DNA from: an uncultured Gemmatimonadales bacterium
GTDB lineage: Bacteria; Gemmatimonadota; Gemmatimonadetes; Gemmatimonadales; GWC2-71-9
Length of the DNA: 64,000 nucleotides
Direction of reading: 5' to 3'
NCBI GenBank assembly: GCA_963695555.1
Contig: CAVOGR010000005.1
Coordinates: 224,001 to 288,000 of the forward strand
Shown here: in pieces, positions 38,350 through 52,321 of the stretch
How positions within the stretch are numbered: position 1 is the first letter of the stretch
Layout of the letters: each line of letters begins with the position of its first letter
Program-made: the position numbers and the translations under genes
Notes under the pieces: model-generated
The model's input: the letters and a program-made list of their open reading frames with translations, nothing else
The model's database searches: none
Told to the model about the DNA's origin: nothing

Positions 38350-38742
38350 ATGTTTCAATTCATCCTCGTTCTCATCATCATCGATGCCATTGTCCTCGCG
38401 GTGGTCGTGCTGCTCCAGGCCGGCCAAGGCGGCGGGCTCGCGTCGCTTGGCGGTGCAGGCGGGACGGATTCAGTGCTCGGCGGGCGCCACGCCGTCAACT
38501 GGCTCACCAAGACCACCTGGGTGTCGGGCGGGCTGTTCCTCTTCTTCTCGCTGATTCTGACCCTGTTGAGTTCGAATCGTGCCGTGAGCGGCAGCGAAGT
38601 TCAGGATCTCTTGCGCACCGCACCCGCGCCTGTCGAGGCACCGGCTCAGCAAGGGACCCAAGGGCAAGTGCCGATACCCGGACTTGGCGAAACCCCTGCG
38701 GGCAGCCAACCCGCCCCGACCGAGCCCGCGCCCAGCCCGTGA
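38350..38742 (+). CDS. secG: Preprotein translocase subunit SecG
   Basis: VLLQAGQGGGL..LTKTT, two TM helices, follows tpiA. Confidence 0.92.
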   Translation: MFQFILVLIIIDAIVLAVVVLLQAGQGGGLASLGGAGGTDSVLGGRHAVNWLTKTTWVSGGLFLFFSLILTLLSSNRAVSGSEVQDLLRTAPAPVEAPAQQGTQGQVPIPGLGETPAGSQPAPTEPAPSP

Positions 38743-38782
38743 GCCTTGGCGCTCGGACGATCCGGCACGGCGGGGCGATCGC

Positions 38783-39913
38783 ATGAGTGATCGCCCCGCC
38801 TTCGTCTTGTTGGAAGACGGAACACTGTTTTCCGGTACCGCGCCTGCCTCCATCCGGGCATCGTTCGGCGAAGTGGTCTTCACGACCAATCTCACCGGTT
38901 ACCAGGAAGCATTCACCGACCCGAGTTACCTCGACCAGATTCTCGTCATGACGGCCCCGATGATTGGGAACTACGGCGTCACCAGGGACGACATGGAATC
39001 GGACCGCCCGCAGGTCGCAGGGGTGGTGGTCCGGGAACTTTCGCGCCATCCCTCGAACTGGCGCGCCACCGAGTCGCTCGGCGCGTGGCTCTCCGAGTAC
39101 GGCATCCCGGTGGTTGAAGGGGTCGATACCAGGAGGCTCACGCGCCACATACGGGAACGCGGCGCGATGCGGGGGGTACTGGCAGAGGGCAGGACGCCAA
39201 CGCCCGACCTCTCGGCCGAGCTCGACCGATGGCCCTCGATGGTCGGGCTCGACCTCGCGTCGCGCGCCACCGTGGCGCAACCCTGGACGGAAGGTCAAGA
39301 GGGACCGCACGTGGTGGCGTTCGACTTCGGGATCAAGCGCAGCATCATTCGGCAGCTCCGGGCCCGTGGCTGCCGCGTAACCGTCGTCCCGGCCAGGACC
39401 TCGCCTGAGGAAGTGCGCGGCTTCCGGCCAGACGGCCTGTTCCTGTCCAACGGTCCCGGAGACCCCGCCGCGGTCGGCTACGCGTTGGAAACCATCCGGA
39501 CCCTGACACGCTCCGGAATGCCGACTTTTGGTATCTGCTTGGGGCACCAGCTCTTGGCGCTCGCGCTTGGCGGGAGCACCTCGAAGATGCCCTATGGCCA
39601 TCGTGGAGGTAACCACCCGGTGCGCGACTGCCGGACCGCGCGGGTCCTCATCACGACGCAAAATCATGGTTTCACGGTTGTGGGCAACGACCGCGAAGTT
39701 GCTGGCGCGCCAGAACTTGAGGTGAGCCACGTGAACCTCAATGACGGGACCATCGAGGGCCTGCGACACCGAGTTTTGCCCGTCTTTTCAGTGCAATACC
39801 ACCCCGAGGCCGCGCCCGGACCCCACGACGCCTACCCTCATTTTGGGGAATTCCTCGATCTCATCGGGGCCCCGCCCCGAGCCCGGATCCCCCAACCCCT
39901 TGACAGTCAATAG
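38783..39913 (+). CDS. carA: Carbamoyl-phosphate synthase small subunit
   Basis: GEVVFTTNLTGYQE, LSNGPGDP, GICLGHQ and SVQYHPEAAPGP motifs. Confidence 0.96.
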   Translation: MSDRPAFVLLEDGTLFSGTAPASIRASFGEVVFTTNLTGYQEAFTDPSYLDQILVMTAPMIGNYGVTRDDMESDRPQVAGVVVRELSRHPSNWRATESLGAWLSEYGIPVVEGVDTRRLTRHIRERGAMRGVLAEGRTPTPDLSAELDRWPSMVGLDLASRATVAQPWTEGQEGPHVVAFDFGIKRSIIRQLRARGCRVTVVPARTSPEEVRGFRPDGLFLSNGPGDPAAVGYALETIRTLTRSGMPTFGICLGHQLLALALGGSTSKMPYGHRGGNHPVRDCRTARVLITTQNHGFTVVGNDREVAGAPELEVSHVNLNDGTIEGLRHRVLPVFSVQYHPEAAPGPHDAYPHFGEFLDLIGAPPRARIPQPLDSQ

Positions 39914-39928
39914 GTAAGCTCGTATCCT
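39900..39928 (+). promoter_or_regulatory. Sigma70-type promoter for the HU/IHF gene (TTGACA-17-TATCCT)
   Basis: Consensus -35 at 39900-39905 and -10 at 39923-39928. Confidence 0.65.
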
Positions 39929-39979
39929 CTGGCCCAGAGAAGGTCGAGCTGCGACTCGCTGGGGTTCCCTGGGGGACGA

Positions 39980-40330
39980 ATGACCAAGGCTGATCTCGTC
40001 GAATACGTCACCGCCTCGATTGCCCGAACCTCGGGGCCCATGATATCGAAGAAGGACTGCGCCCGGGTGGTGGACGCGTTTTTGGACGCTGTCAAAGAAG
40101 CACTGCGCACCCAGCAAAACATTGAGGTTCGGGGGTTTGGGACCTTCAAGATCAGGCGCCGGAAGACCCGGATGGCTAGAAACCCGCGGACCGGTGAGCC
40201 GGTGCAGGTGGCGGCCCGTCCGGTTCCGGTTTTCAAGCCGAGCAAAGAACTCCGGACCCTCGTGGCCGAGTACGAAGGACCGGCCGCCGGTCCGCCGCCA
40301 GGTTTGGGCTCGTCCGGAGACTCGATGTAG
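39980..40330 (+). CDS. HU/IHF family DNA-binding protein
   Basis: MTKADLV, IEVRGFGTF, ARNPRTGE and FKPSKEL motifs. Confidence 0.94.
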   Translation: MTKADLVEYVTASIARTSGPMISKKDCARVVDAFLDAVKEALRTQQNIEVRGFGTFKIRRRKTRMARNPRTGEPVQVAARPVPVFKPSKELRTLVAEYEGPAAGPPPGLGSSGDSM

Positions 40331-40460
40331 CGAGGCATGTCAGCAGATTGTTTGTCAGACTCGGGGCCGCGCATGGGGTGCGGCCCCGGTGCTATCCACC
40401 CTAGATTGCTCCTTCACTATGCGAGCGAGACTAGACCCTCCAGCGCCTGCGGCAAGCACG

Positions 40461-40706
40461 ATGCAGGTCGAAGTCCTGGTCTTTGGCCAGCTCGTCGAGT
40501 TGCTGGGCGCGAGTAGCCTGTCGGTCCGGCTGCCGCGGCCGGCAACAGCGCGAGACGTGTTTCACGCCGTGCTCGCCACGCTGCCGAACCCCGCTCCTTC
40601 CATCCCTCCGCTCGCCTTCGCCGTCAATCGCGTCCATGCCACCCCCGAGGCAGCGGTGGAGGACGGCGATGAGGTGGCCCTCCTGCCTCCTCTGGCGGGG
40701 GGATAG
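40461..40706 (+). CDS. moaD: Molybdopterin synthase sulfur carrier
   Basis: FAVN..DGDEVALLPPLAGG, C-terminal GG. Confidence 0.9.
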   Translation: MQVEVLVFGQLVELLGASSLSVRLPRPATARDVFHAVLATLPNPAPSIPPLAFAVNRVHATPEAAVEDGDEVALLPPLAGG

Positions 40707-40707
40707 C

Positions 40708-41163
40708 GTGCCGCACCTTACCACGGAGCGGCTTCGGCTCGATCGACTGGTCGCCGAGGTCCTGTCCCCGGAGCGGGGTGGAGTTGCGACCTTCATCGGA
40801 GTGGTGCGCAACCACCATGATGGCCGCTCGGTCGTGCGGCTCGAGTATTCCGCGTATGACGCGATGGCAGAGGCGGAGTGCCAACGGATCGTGGCTGAGG
40901 CTACCGAGCGCTGGCCGGTCCGGGTGGCGGTCGAGCATCGTCTGGGCACGCTCGAAGTCGGCGATGCGGCGGTAATGGTGGCTGCGGCCGCGGCGCATCG
41001 GGCACAGGCATTCGAAGCATGCCGCTACGTGATCGAGGAGCTGAAGCGCCGCGTGCCGGTGTGGAAGCGGGAACATTTCGCCGACGGAAGCATGGTGTGG
41101 GTCGAGCCGGCCGGGGCCGGTGCAGCCGGCGGAAACGTCCCGCCGGACGGGGCGGCACGATGA
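40708..41163 (+). CDS. moaE: Molybdopterin synthase catalytic subunit
   Basis: FIGVVRNH, LEYSAY, HRLG, HR..AF and LKRRVPVWKRE motifs. Confidence 0.93.
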   Translation: MPHLTTERLRLDRLVAEVLSPERGGVATFIGVVRNHHDGRSVVRLEYSAYDAMAEAECQRIVAEATERWPVRVAVEHRLGTLEVGDAAVMVAAAAAHRAQAFEACRYVIEELKRRVPVWKREHFADGSMVWVEPAGAGAAGGNVPPDGAAR

Positions 41164-42194
41164 GTACACCGCTGCGTCCGACAGATCGCCATGACCGGCC
41201 GATGGGAAGTCTCCGCGTGTCGGTGACTGATCGTTGCAACATGCGGTGCCGTTACTGCATGCCGGAAGACAGCTACGTATGGTTGCCGCGAACCTCGCTG
41301 TTGTCCTTCGAAGAAATCGAGCGGTTGGTCAGGGTGTTCGCCTTGGCCGGCGTCGACAAGATCCGGCTCACCGGGGGCGAGCCGCTGTTGCGCCATGACC
41401 TATGCTCCTTGATCGGACGGATTCGGCGCGTTCCGGGAATTCGTGACCTCGCCTTGACCACCAACGGAGTCTTGCTCGCGCGTTGGGCGCGGCCAATGCG
41501 GGAGGCCGGCCTGGACCGCGTGACCATCAGCCTGGACACCCTGCGGCCCGAGCGGCTCCGCGAGTTTGCCCGCACTGAGCGCCACGACGATATCATGCGA
41601 GGCATCGCCGCCGCGCGCGAAGCCGGATACCCGACCATCAAAGTGAATGCGGTGATCATCCGCGACTACAATCTGGACGAAGTGGCGGAGCTGCTCGCGT
41701 TCGGGAAGGCGAACGGGCTCGAGGTCCGTTTCATTGAGTACATGGATGTCGGCGGTGCCACGCGCTGGTCAATCGATCAGGTGGTGTCGCGAAGGGAGAT
41801 ACTCGAGGTGATTGGCCGCGCACTCGGTCGAGTCACGCCGCTGCCCGGCGATCCGAGGGCGCCGGCCGAGCAATTCACCTTGTCGGATGGCAGCCGGTTC
41901 GGCATCGTGGCGTCGACCACGGCGCCGTTTTGCGGCCAATGTGATCGCAGCCGCCTCACCGCGGACGGAACGTGGTTCCTCTGCTTGTATGCCGAGTCGG
42001 GAGTCGACCTGAGGGACGCAGTGCGTAGGGGGGCGTCGGACGCGGAGCTGCGCGACCTGGTTGTCAGGACGTGGCGGGCACGGACCGATCGGGGCGCGGA
42101 GGCTCGCCTGGGCCTGGCCGATCGCGGGGCACTCTATCCGGTCGAAGCGCTCCGCCTCAACCCTCTCCGCGAGATGCATACCCGTGGAGGGTGA
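41160..42194 (+). CDS. moaA: GTP 3',8-cyclase (radical SAM)
   Basis: SVTDRCNMRCRYCMP, LTGGEPLLR, FCGQCDRSR..CL, C-terminal GG. Confidence 0.96.
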   Translation: MSTPLRPTDRHDRPMGSLRVSVTDRCNMRCRYCMPEDSYVWLPRTSLLSFEEIERLVRVFALAGVDKIRLTGGEPLLRHDLCSLIGRIRRVPGIRDLALTTNGVLLARWARPMREAGLDRVTISLDTLRPERLREFARTERHDDIMRGIAAAREAGYPTIKVNAVIIRDYNLDEVAELLAFGKANGLEVRFIEYMDVGGATRWSIDQVVSRREILEVIGRALGRVTPLPGDPRAPAEQFTLSDGSRFGIVASTTAPFCGQCDRSRLTADGTWFLCLYAESGVDLRDAVRRGASDAELRDLVVRTWRARTDRGAEARLGLADRGALYPVEALRLNPLREMHTRGG

Positions 42195-42197
42195 TCC

Positions 42198-42662
42198 GTG
42201 ACACTGAACGTGGCTCTGATCGAACCGCTCATCCCGCCCAACACAGGCAACATCGCCCGGCTCACGGCGGCGACCGACAGTGCCCTGCACCTGATTGAGC
42301 CGCTGGGCTTCTCGCTGGACGACCGGGAGGTGCGCCGGGCCGGCCTGGATTATTGGGACGCGGTGGATCTCTGGGTCCATCCCCATTGGCGCGCCTTTCG
42401 GGAGGCGATGGATCGGGAGCGGTGCTTCTACTTCACATCCAAGGCCGAACAACCGTTCTGGTCCGCGCCGTTCGGTCCCAACAGCTGCCTCGTCTTCGGG
42501 AATGAGACCGACGGCATGCCGGCGCGAATATTGGAAAAGCACCCGGAGCGTTGTTACCGCATTCCGATGACCGCGCAGGTCCGGAGTCTCAATCTGGCGA
42601 CGGCGGTCGCGATCGTGTTGTATGAAGCGATCCGGCAGTGCAACAAGCACTCCGTGGCGTGA
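42198..42662 (+). CDS. trmL: tRNA (cytidine34-2'-O)-methyltransferase
   Basis: PLIPPNTGNIAR, RRAGLDYW, FGNETDG and RSLNLA motifs. Confidence 0.94.
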   Translation: MTLNVALIEPLIPPNTGNIARLTAATDSALHLIEPLGFSLDDREVRRAGLDYWDAVDLWVHPHWRAFREAMDRERCFYFTSKAEQPFWSAPFGPNSCLVFGNETDGMPARILEKHPERCYRIPMTAQVRSLNLATAVAIVLYEAIRQCNKHSVA

Positions 42663-42767
42663 GCTGGCGGCCACCGGCCCCGCTAGCTGCCCGGCCCTGA
42701 ACCGTTTACATTGTCTTGCACCCGCACCGATCCACCCCCCTTCCGAAAATATGAAAGCGGGCCTGCA

Positions 42768-43695
<928 letters not shown>

Positions 43696-43707
43696 GGCGC
43701 ACGTCGC

Positions 43708-44364
43708 ATGGGCTGGGCGCTCCGGTTCTACCGCTCCACGATCGGGAAAAAGATCCTGATGGCTGTCACGGGCCTAATCTGGGTCCTGTTCGTGATCGAG
43801 CATATGGCCGGCAACCTCCTGACATTGAAGAGTCCTGAGGCAATCAACGGGTACGCAGCCCTGCTCAAGTCGTCCGATGAGATCCTCTGGGCCTTCCGGA
43901 TTGTGCTGTTTGTCGCGTTGGTCGTGCACGTGGACAGCATGCTCAAGCTGACCGCGCGCAACTGGACCAGCCGACGGGCTCGGTACGCCAAGGTTGCGCA
44001 TCAGACGTCCAGCCCCGCCTCGAGGACCATGCGGTGGGGTGGGGTGTTCTTGATCCTGTGGCTGGTCTATCACATTCTGCATTTCACCACGGGGCAGGTG
44101 CACCCCGACTTTAGCCACACCGATGTGTACAACAACGTGACCGTGGCCTTTCAGAGCGGAGGCAAGGTGGCGCTTTACGGTGCCGCCATGGTAGCGCTCG
44201 GGTTCCATCTGTATCACGGCGCTTGGAGCATGTTTCAAACGGTGGGGGCGAATCATCCGCATGTCGAGAAGCCCCGCCGCTGGCTGGCAACCGCGATCGC
44301 GATCTTGATACCGCTCGGGTTCATTACGGTACCGCTCGCGATCTACTTCGGGATCATCGGCTAG
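43708..44364 (+). CDS. sdhC: Succinate dehydrogenase/fumarate reductase cytochrome b subunit
   Basis: [25 protein letters not shown] and HLYHGAWS heme-ligand His motifs. Confidence 0.93.
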   Translation: MGWALRFYRSTIGKKILMAVTGLIWVLFVIEHMAGNLLTLKSPEAINGYAALLKSSDEILWAFRIVLFVALVVHVDSMLKLTARNWTSRRARYAKVAHQTSSPASRTMRWGGVFLILWLVYHILHFTTGQVHPDFSHTDVYNNVTVAFQSGGKVALYGAAMVALGFHLYHGAWSMFQTVGANHPHVEKPRRWLATAIAILIPLGFITVPLAIYFGIIG

Positions 44365-44384
44365 ACCGAGGGACGGCATTCGCA

Positions 44385-46298
<1,914 letters not shown>

Positions 46299-46300
46299 CC

Positions 46301-47050
46301 ATGAAACTCACGCTCCACGTCTGGCGACAGACCGGTCCCCACGATGCGGGCCGGCTGGTCACGTACGACGTCCCCGACGCAAGCCCGGACATGTCGTTCC
46401 TGGAGATGCTGGACGTGGTGAACGAGCGGCTGATCGAGCGGGGCGAGGAGCCCATCGCGTTCGACCACGATTGCCGTGAAGGGATTTGTGGATCGTGCAG
46501 CCTCATGATCAACGGCGTGCCGCACGGCCCGCGTCGCGGCACGGCGTCGTGCCAGCTGCATATGCGGACCTTCAAGGACGGCGACCACATCTGGGTTGAG
46601 CCGTTCCGCGCCCGTGCGTTCCCCATCGTCCGTGATCTCGTGGTCGACCGCTCCGCCTTCGACCGAGTGATCCAGGCAGGCGGATTCATCGGCGTGTCGA
46701 CCGGAAGCGCCCCCGACGCCCACGCCATCCCGATCGCCAAAGCCGCCGCCGACCGGGCCATGGACGCCGCTGCGTGCATCGGGTGCGGTGCGTGTGTCGC
46801 CGCCTGTCCCAACGCCTCCGCCATGTTGTTCACTGCGGCCAAGGTGAGCCATCTCGGGCTCCTGCCGCAGGGGCAACCGGAGCGAATGCGGCGAGCCCTG
46901 GCGATGGTGTCGCAAATGGACCTCGAGCATTTTGGCGGCTGCACCAACTACGGTGAGTGCACCGCCGCGTGCCCCAAGGAGATCCCGCTCGAGATGATCG
47001 CACGGCTCAACCGCGACTACCTCAAGGCGACCCTGGTCGCCCGTGACTAG
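46301..47050 (+). CDS. sdhB: Succinate dehydrogenase/fumarate reductase Fe-S subunit
   Basis: [20 protein letters not shown] and [12 protein letters not shown] clusters. Confidence 0.96.
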   Translation: MKLTLHVWRQTGPHDAGRLVTYDVPDASPDMSFLEMLDVVNERLIERGEEPIAFDHDCREGICGSCSLMINGVPHGPRRGTASCQLHMRTFKDGDHIWVEPFRARAFPIVRDLVVDRSAFDRVIQAGGFIGVSTGSAPDAHAIPIAKAAADRAMDAAACIGCGACVAACPNASAMLFTAAKVSHLGLLPQGQPERMRRALAMVSQMDLEHFGGCTNYGECTAACPKEIPLEMIARLNRDYLKATLVARD

Positions 47051-47115
47051 GAGACAATGGGCGAAGGTGTGCACAAAGGCCCGCTGACTCCCGTCCTAGA
47101 ACTAACCGACACAGG

Positions 47116-48364
47116 ATAGACGCATTCGACCGCTGGCCCTTACCACCGCGCTCTCCGCGGCGGCCGTACCGCTCGTGTCTCAAGTTCCCGCGACGCCGTG
47201 GATCGAGGCGCGCCTCGATGTGAGTCCCGTGCACGCGACGGTCGATCCGGTGCCGGGCGGCGGATCGCTGAGTGAGTTCCGGCTGGCCCGTCCCACCGTC
47301 GCCGTCGAGGCCGGAGTCCTGGGCGACAAGCTCAGGCTCCGGAGCGCCGTCATCCTCGAAGGATGGACCATCAGCGACGGCGAGCTGTCTCTCGGTGCCT
47401 TTGGCGAGGGGTTCGTCGACCGGCGGCATCCCCACACCTACGTCCACGAACTCATGCTGTCCGCCGACGATCTCCTCGGGTCACTCGACGGGGCGCGCGT
47501 GTGTCCCTCGCCGTAGGCAAGGGATTCGTCGCGTTCGGCACCGACGACCCGATGAGCCGCCCGGCGCTGCGCTTTCCCGTCAATCATCACTGGAGCCAAG
47601 TGCTGGAGCGAGCGGTGACTACCGTGGGTGTCAAGGTGGGTCCGGTCGCGGTGGAGGGCAGCCTGTTCAACGGCGACGAACCGGAAGAGCCGGGTCAGTG
47701 GCCCCGGATCGGGAATCGCTTCGGCGACTCACGGGCGCTCAGGGTGACGGTATTCCCCGCCACGGGAATTGAACTCCAAGGTTCCCACGCGGTCGTCGCC
47801 TCGCCGGAGCAACGCGAAGGAGCAGGGCCGGACCAATTCAAATGGAGTACCTCGGCGCGGTGGGCCCGACCGATCGCCGGTCGCCCTGCCTACGCCCTCA
47901 TGGAATGGGCCAGGACCTCTGAGCTGGATGGCGCCTTCGTGTTCTCCACCTTCCTTGCGGAAGGCCAGTACCGGATTGGACGGCACCGGATGTACTACCA
48001 GTTCGAGCGCACTGAGCGCCCCGAAGAGGAGCGCCAGCTCGACCTGTTTCGCACCGTGCGGCCTCACCACGACGACAATCTGCTCGGTGTCACCCGCTGG
48101 ACGATCCACACCTTAGGCTATGGCGCCAACTTCTCGCGCTGGGCGAACGTGCGTCTCGAGCCGTTCGTCGAGCTCTCGTTGGGCAGGGTGAGCCGGGTTG
48201 GAGCCGGGCTGTTCGATCCCGAGGCGTTCTATGGCCGGCGGTCGCTCACGTCGCTGAGCATCGGTGCGAGGCTCGCATGGGCATCGGCCGGTGGGATGGA
48301 GCACCGAATGGGTCGCTACGGCGTCGTGGCCATGCCGCGTCACTCGGGCACCCACGATCACTAG
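47116..48364 (+). CDS. Putative outer-membrane beta-barrel protein with His/Met motifs (frameshift near 47500; start codon apparently damaged)
   Basis: Frame of 47175 has an upstream signal-like RRIRPLALTTALSAAAVPL and DRRHPHTYVHELM. It continues in the 47363-48364 frame (VSLAVGKGFVAFGTDDPMSRP...) with alternating beta-strands and a His-rich tail. Confidence 0.55.
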
Positions 48365-48387
48365 CTGAGCGGATAGAAGGGGCTGAG

Positions 48388-50181
48388 ATGCAAAGGGCCA
48401 GAACCTCTGACTGGTTGCACACCGGAGTGGCGTCGATCCTCATCCTTGTCGCGTCCGGATGCGGGTCGAACGAAAGCACTACCGGTCCGCCTCCACCGCC
48501 TCCACCCCCACCCCCGCCGTCCGTGAACAGCTTGGTCGTTGCGGCGGGCGATAGCCAAGTCGGAACGGTGGCGGCAGGCTTGACCGAGCCACTCACGGTG
48601 CGGGTGGAAGCCAGCAACGGGCAGCCCGTGAGCGGAGTGTCGGTGAGTTGGTCTGTGGTGGCGGGCGGGGGAACGCTATCCTCGGTCGCATCCTCGAGCG
48701 ACGCATCAGGCCTTACCACTGTGTCCTACACCCTGGGCACGACTGCCGGCATGCAGAGAGTCCGTGCGTCGATTGCAGGCACATCCACCACGGCCACCTT
48801 CACGGTTACCGCGCGAGCTGGTCCGTCGGCGACACTGGCTGTGGTGGCCGGCAATGACCAGGCCGGGCCGAGCGGTGCAGCACTGCCGGTCGCGTACCGC
48901 ATTCGTGTCGATGATCAGTACGGCAACGTGGTCGAGGGAGCCACCGTGGCCTGGACAATGGTCAAGGGAGGGGGAAGTGTCGCCGCGATGTCTTCGGTGA
49001 CGGATGCCTCGGGCACGGCGTCGGTCATCCACACGCTTGGCCCACAGGGAGGAGGGCAAGTGGTGGCCGCAGCTGTTCAGGGCACCGCGGTCACCGCCGT
49101 GCGATTCCATGCGACCGCCCGCTCCGCCTTCACGATCACGGCCGGAGGCTCCAACGTGACCGAGCGATTCGGGTCGGATCTCTGGGTCCACGGCGGCTAC
49201 GGCTACAGCGGAACGTGGGGCAACCGCAACGGCACCCCGGGCAATGCGGTCAAGATCTGGCAACTCGATCCGTCGGGGGCGCCGTCATTGATCGACAGTG
49301 TGGTGACGGCCGGCATCAGTACCGTCAGCGACGTGGAAGTGAGCGCCGACGGAAGCGTGCTCATGTTCAGTGCGGAGGGTGGGCCGAATGCCGGGCTGTA
49401 CATCTATCGGCTCACCGATCCGCGCAGCCCGACCTTTGTAGGCAGAGCGCTGGTATCGACAGGGCTCCACACGGCGACCTTCGGGTATATCGACGGGAAC
49501 ACGTATGCTTTTGCGGCCAAGAATCCCGGCAGCCCGGCACTGCTGATCTACCAGATCGACGCGACCGCACCCAATCCCATTACGCTCGTGTCCACCACAC
49601 CGATCCCGCCGGCCTACGGCATTCACGACACCTTCGTCCGCGACGGCATCGCCGTCGTCTCGGCCTGGGATACCGGTGTCATCGTGTACGACGTTGGGAA
49701 CGGACTGCGCGGCGGCACGACGAGCAACCCGCTCGAGATCAGCCGCATCGCCACGGCCAACGGGAATTCCCACAACGCCTGGTGGTTCCATAACCCGAAT
49801 ACCGCTGAGCGGCGCTACATGTTTGTTGGTGAGGAAGGCCCCGGCGTGGTCGGGGGGGCCGCCTCCGGCGATATCCACGTCGTCGATGTGTCGGCCCTCA
49901 GCGCGCCGCGTGAAGTTGCCACCTTCAGCGTCGCCGGAGCGGGGACCCACAACTTCTGGATGGACGAGCAAGCGGAAGTGCTGTATGCTGCCTACTATAA
50001 TGCCGGGATCGTGGCCATCGATGTCTCGGGCGACTTGAGTGGCGACCTGGCCATCCGGGAGATCGCGAGGATCCAACCCGGAGGAACCGCCAACACCTTC
50101 ACGTGGGGAGTGCAGCTCTATCAAGGGTCCGTCTACGCCGTCGACATGCTCTCGGGGTTCTGGCAGCTCTCGCGTCCCTAG
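48388..50181 (+). CDS. Lipoprotein with two bacterial Ig-like domains and an LVIVD-type beta-propeller
   Basis: VASGC lipobox, poly-Pro linker, two repeats (AGDSQVG..GQPVSG..W / AGNDQAG..GNVVEG..W), HDTFV/HNAWW/HNFW propeller blades. Confidence 0.75.
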   Translation: MQRARTSDWLHTGVASILILVASGCGSNESTTGPPPPPPPPPPPSVNSLVVAAGDSQVGTVAAGLTEPLTVRVEASNGQPVSGVSVSWSVVAGGGTLSSVASSSDASGLTTVSYTLGTTAGMQRVRASIAGTSTTATFTVTARAGPSATLAVVAGNDQAGPSGAALPVAYRIRVDDQYGNVVEGATVAWTMVKGGGSVAAMSSVTDASGTASVIHTLGPQGGGQVVAAAVQGTAVTAVRFHATARSAFTITAGGSNVTERFGSDLWVHGGYGYSGTWGNRNGTPGNAVKIWQLDPSGAPSLIDSVVTAGISTVSDVEVSADGSVLMFSAEGGPNAGLYIYRLTDPRSPTFVGRALVSTGLHTATFGYIDGNTYAFAAKNPGSPALLIYQIDATAPNPITLVSTTPIPPAYGIHDTFVRDGIAVVSAWDTGVIVYDVGNGLRGGTTSNPLEISRIATANGNSHNAWWFHNPNTAERRYMFVGEEGPGVVGGAASGDIHVVDVSALSAPREVATFSVAGAGTHNFWMDEQAEVLYAAYYNAGIVAIDVSGDLSGDLAIREIARIQPGGTANTFTWGVQLYQGSVYAVDMLSGFWQLSRP

Positions 50182-50194
50182 CCGGGGCTCTGGC

Positions 50195-52321
50195 GTGCCC
50201 GAGTGGGCCTGGGTGAGCGGAATCGGCGTTGCCGTGCTGCTCCTCGCCCAGCCGCTGGGCGCGCAGGGACGACTCGCGGGCTTCTCACCGTCCGCGAGCG
50301 TCGAGGAACGTGCGCTCGAAGCGGAGCTCTCGCGCGTTCCCGATTCGGCGAGCGCGCGATCACATTCGCGGGCGCTGGCCTCGCGCGCACACGTGGCCGG
50401 CACGCCGGCTCAGCGCCGCACCGCCGACTACGTCCTGGAACATATGGCGCATTGGGGACTCGACACGAGCCGGGTCGAATTCCGGGTCTTCCTGCCGTTC
50501 CACGACTCGACGGTCGTCGAGCTCGTGGCTCCCGAACGCGTTCGCCTTGTCCTCGAGGAGGCCGCCGAGCCGTCCGACTCGGCCACGCTCGACGGCATCT
50601 GGCCGGCGATGAACGGCTATAGCGGTTCCGGAGACGTCACGGCCGCGGTGGTCTACGTCAACTACGGCCTCCCCGAGGACTACGCGGCGCTGGACTCGAT
50701 GGGCGTGCGGGTCGAGGGCCGGGTGGTGGTCGCACGGTACGGCAGGAGCTTTCGCGGCATCAAGGCCAGGGAGGCGGAGCGCAACGGCGCGGCGGCGCTC
50801 TTGCTCTACTCGGATCCCCAGGACGACGGCTACTTCCGCGGCGACGTCTATCCCGACGGGCCCATGCGTCCGGAGTCGGCGGTGCAACGCGGCAGTCTCT
50901 TCAACGATCGCGGCGATCCGTCGACACCGGGATGGCCTTCAACCGACGACGCGCACCGTCTGCCGCGTGATTCGATGGAGTTGCCGCGGATCCCCGTTGT
51001 GCCGCTGAGCTACGGCAATGCTGCCCACCTGCTTCGCCCGCTCGATGGCCCGTCCGTGCCCCAGGCCTGGCAGGGTGGGCTGCCTTTCCGGTATCACGTC
51101 GGGGCCGGCAACGTGCTTGCGCGAGTGGCGGTCTGGCCCGAAGAAGGGGAGCGGGCATACAAGACCATCGTGAACACCTTCGGCATCATCCGAGGAGCGG
51201 AGTGGCCCGACGAGTTGGTCATCACGGGTGGCCATCGCGACGCCTGGGGACCCGGCGCGGCGGACAACGTGAGCGGTATCGTGAGCATCCTCGAGGCGGC
51301 GCGCGCCTGGGGAGATGCAGCCGCCCGGGGCCGTCCTCCGAAGCGTACCCTGATCTTCGCGACTTGGGATGCGGAAGAATGGGCGCTGGTCGGGTCCGTG
51401 GAGTGGGTGGAGCTCATGGCGGAGCGGTTGCGGGAGCATGCCGTCGCCTACATCAACCAGGATGTGGCCGCGATCGGGCGAAACTTCGGCGCGGCCGGCA
51501 CGGCCTCGTTGCACCCCTTCATTCGCGATGTGGCGGCAACGGTCCAGCAGCCCGGCGACACGGTGTCGGTCTATCAGGGGTGGCGAACAGCCCAAGAACT
51601 GGACGACACGGCCGAAGTGAGGATCGGGGACCTGGGCGGCGGCAGTGACTTCGCGGGTTTCTACAACCACTTGGGGATTCCGTCGCTCGGTTTCGGGTTC
51701 GGCGGCCCCTATGGCGTCTACCATGCGGCGTACGACAGCTATCGCTGGATGGAGCGATTCGGCGACACCGACTTCACCAGCCATGCGGCGGCCGGCCGCG
51801 TGCTCGCGATCATGCTGGGCCGGTTGGCGAATGCGTCGGTGGTACCCTTTGATTACATGGCCTTCGGGCGGTACCTGAGCGATTTGGTGGAGCGGACGGC
51901 AGCCACGCACGAGGAGATCGGCTGGGCTGCCCCCGCGCTCGACCGCCTCGGGAGGACGGCCAGCCACTTCACTCAGCGTGGGACGTCGTTCGACGAGACG
52001 CGGGTCCGGGCACTCACCGCAGAATCGGGCGCGCCCGTGTCGCCATCCGTCCTGGCCGAGGTCAACGCCATGCTGCGGGAGGTGGAGCGGGACCTCACCC
52101 GGGCGGAGGGCTTGGCAGGGCGGCCCTGGATGCGAAACCTGATCTTTGCCGCGGATCGAAACAACGGCTATGCCGATATCGCCTTCCCGGCCATCACCGA
52201 GGCCCTGGAAGACGGCGACCCTGCCCGGGCAGAGGCAGAGGTCGATGAGATGATTGCGAGAATCGGGCGGGCGGGGGCCCACCTCGAAGCCGCCCGGACA
52301 TTGCTCGAGAAGGGGCGCTAG
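50195..52321 (+). CDS. M28 family metallopeptidase (glutamate carboxypeptidase II-like, PA and TfR dimerisation domains)
   Basis: YVNYG, YSDP, VQRGS, GHRDAW, GAADN, WDAEE, GGGSD and YHAAYD motifs; start uncertain. Confidence 0.9.
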   Translation: MPEWAWVSGIGVAVLLLAQPLGAQGRLAGFSPSASVEERALEAELSRVPDSASARSHSRALASRAHVAGTPAQRRTADYVLEHMAHWGLDTSRVEFRVFLPFHDSTVVELVAPERVRLVLEEAAEPSDSATLDGIWPAMNGYSGSGDVTAAVVYVNYGLPEDYAALDSMGVRVEGRVVVARYGRSFRGIKAREAERNGAAALLLYSDPQDDGYFRGDVYPDGPMRPESAVQRGSLFNDRGDPSTPGWPSTDDAHRLPRDSMELPRIPVVPLSYGNAAHLLRPLDGPSVPQAWQGGLPFRYHVGAGNVLARVAVWPEEGERAYKTIVNTFGIIRGAEWPDELVITGGHRDAWGPGAADNVSGIVSILEAARAWGDAAARGRPPKRTLIFATWDAEEWALVGSVEWVELMAERLREHAVAYINQDVAAIGRNFGAAGTASLHPFIRDVAATVQQPGDTVSVYQGWRTAQELDDTAEVRIGDLGGGSDFAGFYNHLGIPSLGFGFGGPYGVYHAAYDSYRWMERFGDTDFTSHAAAGRVLAIMLGRLANASVVPFDYMAFGRYLSDLVERTAATHEEIGWAAPALDRLGRTASHFTQRGTSFDETRVRALTAESGAPVSPSVLAEVNAMLREVERDLTRAEGLAGRPWMRNLIFAADRNNGYADIAFPAITEALEDGDPARAEAEVDEMIARIGRAGAHLEAARTLLEKGR

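Noticed and set aside
38783..39913. carA without adjacent carB
   Set aside because: Split carA/carB loci are common; carB is probably elsewhere in the genome.
41160..42194. Radical SAM enzyme as the maturase of the orphan RiPP precursor
   Set aside because: It is a canonical MoaA in a moaD-moaE-moaA operon, has no RRE and lies 19 kb away.
48487..48519. CCN-rich low-complexity repeat
   Set aside because: It encodes a poly-proline linker after the lipobox with varied codons; it is not a DNA-level repeat element.
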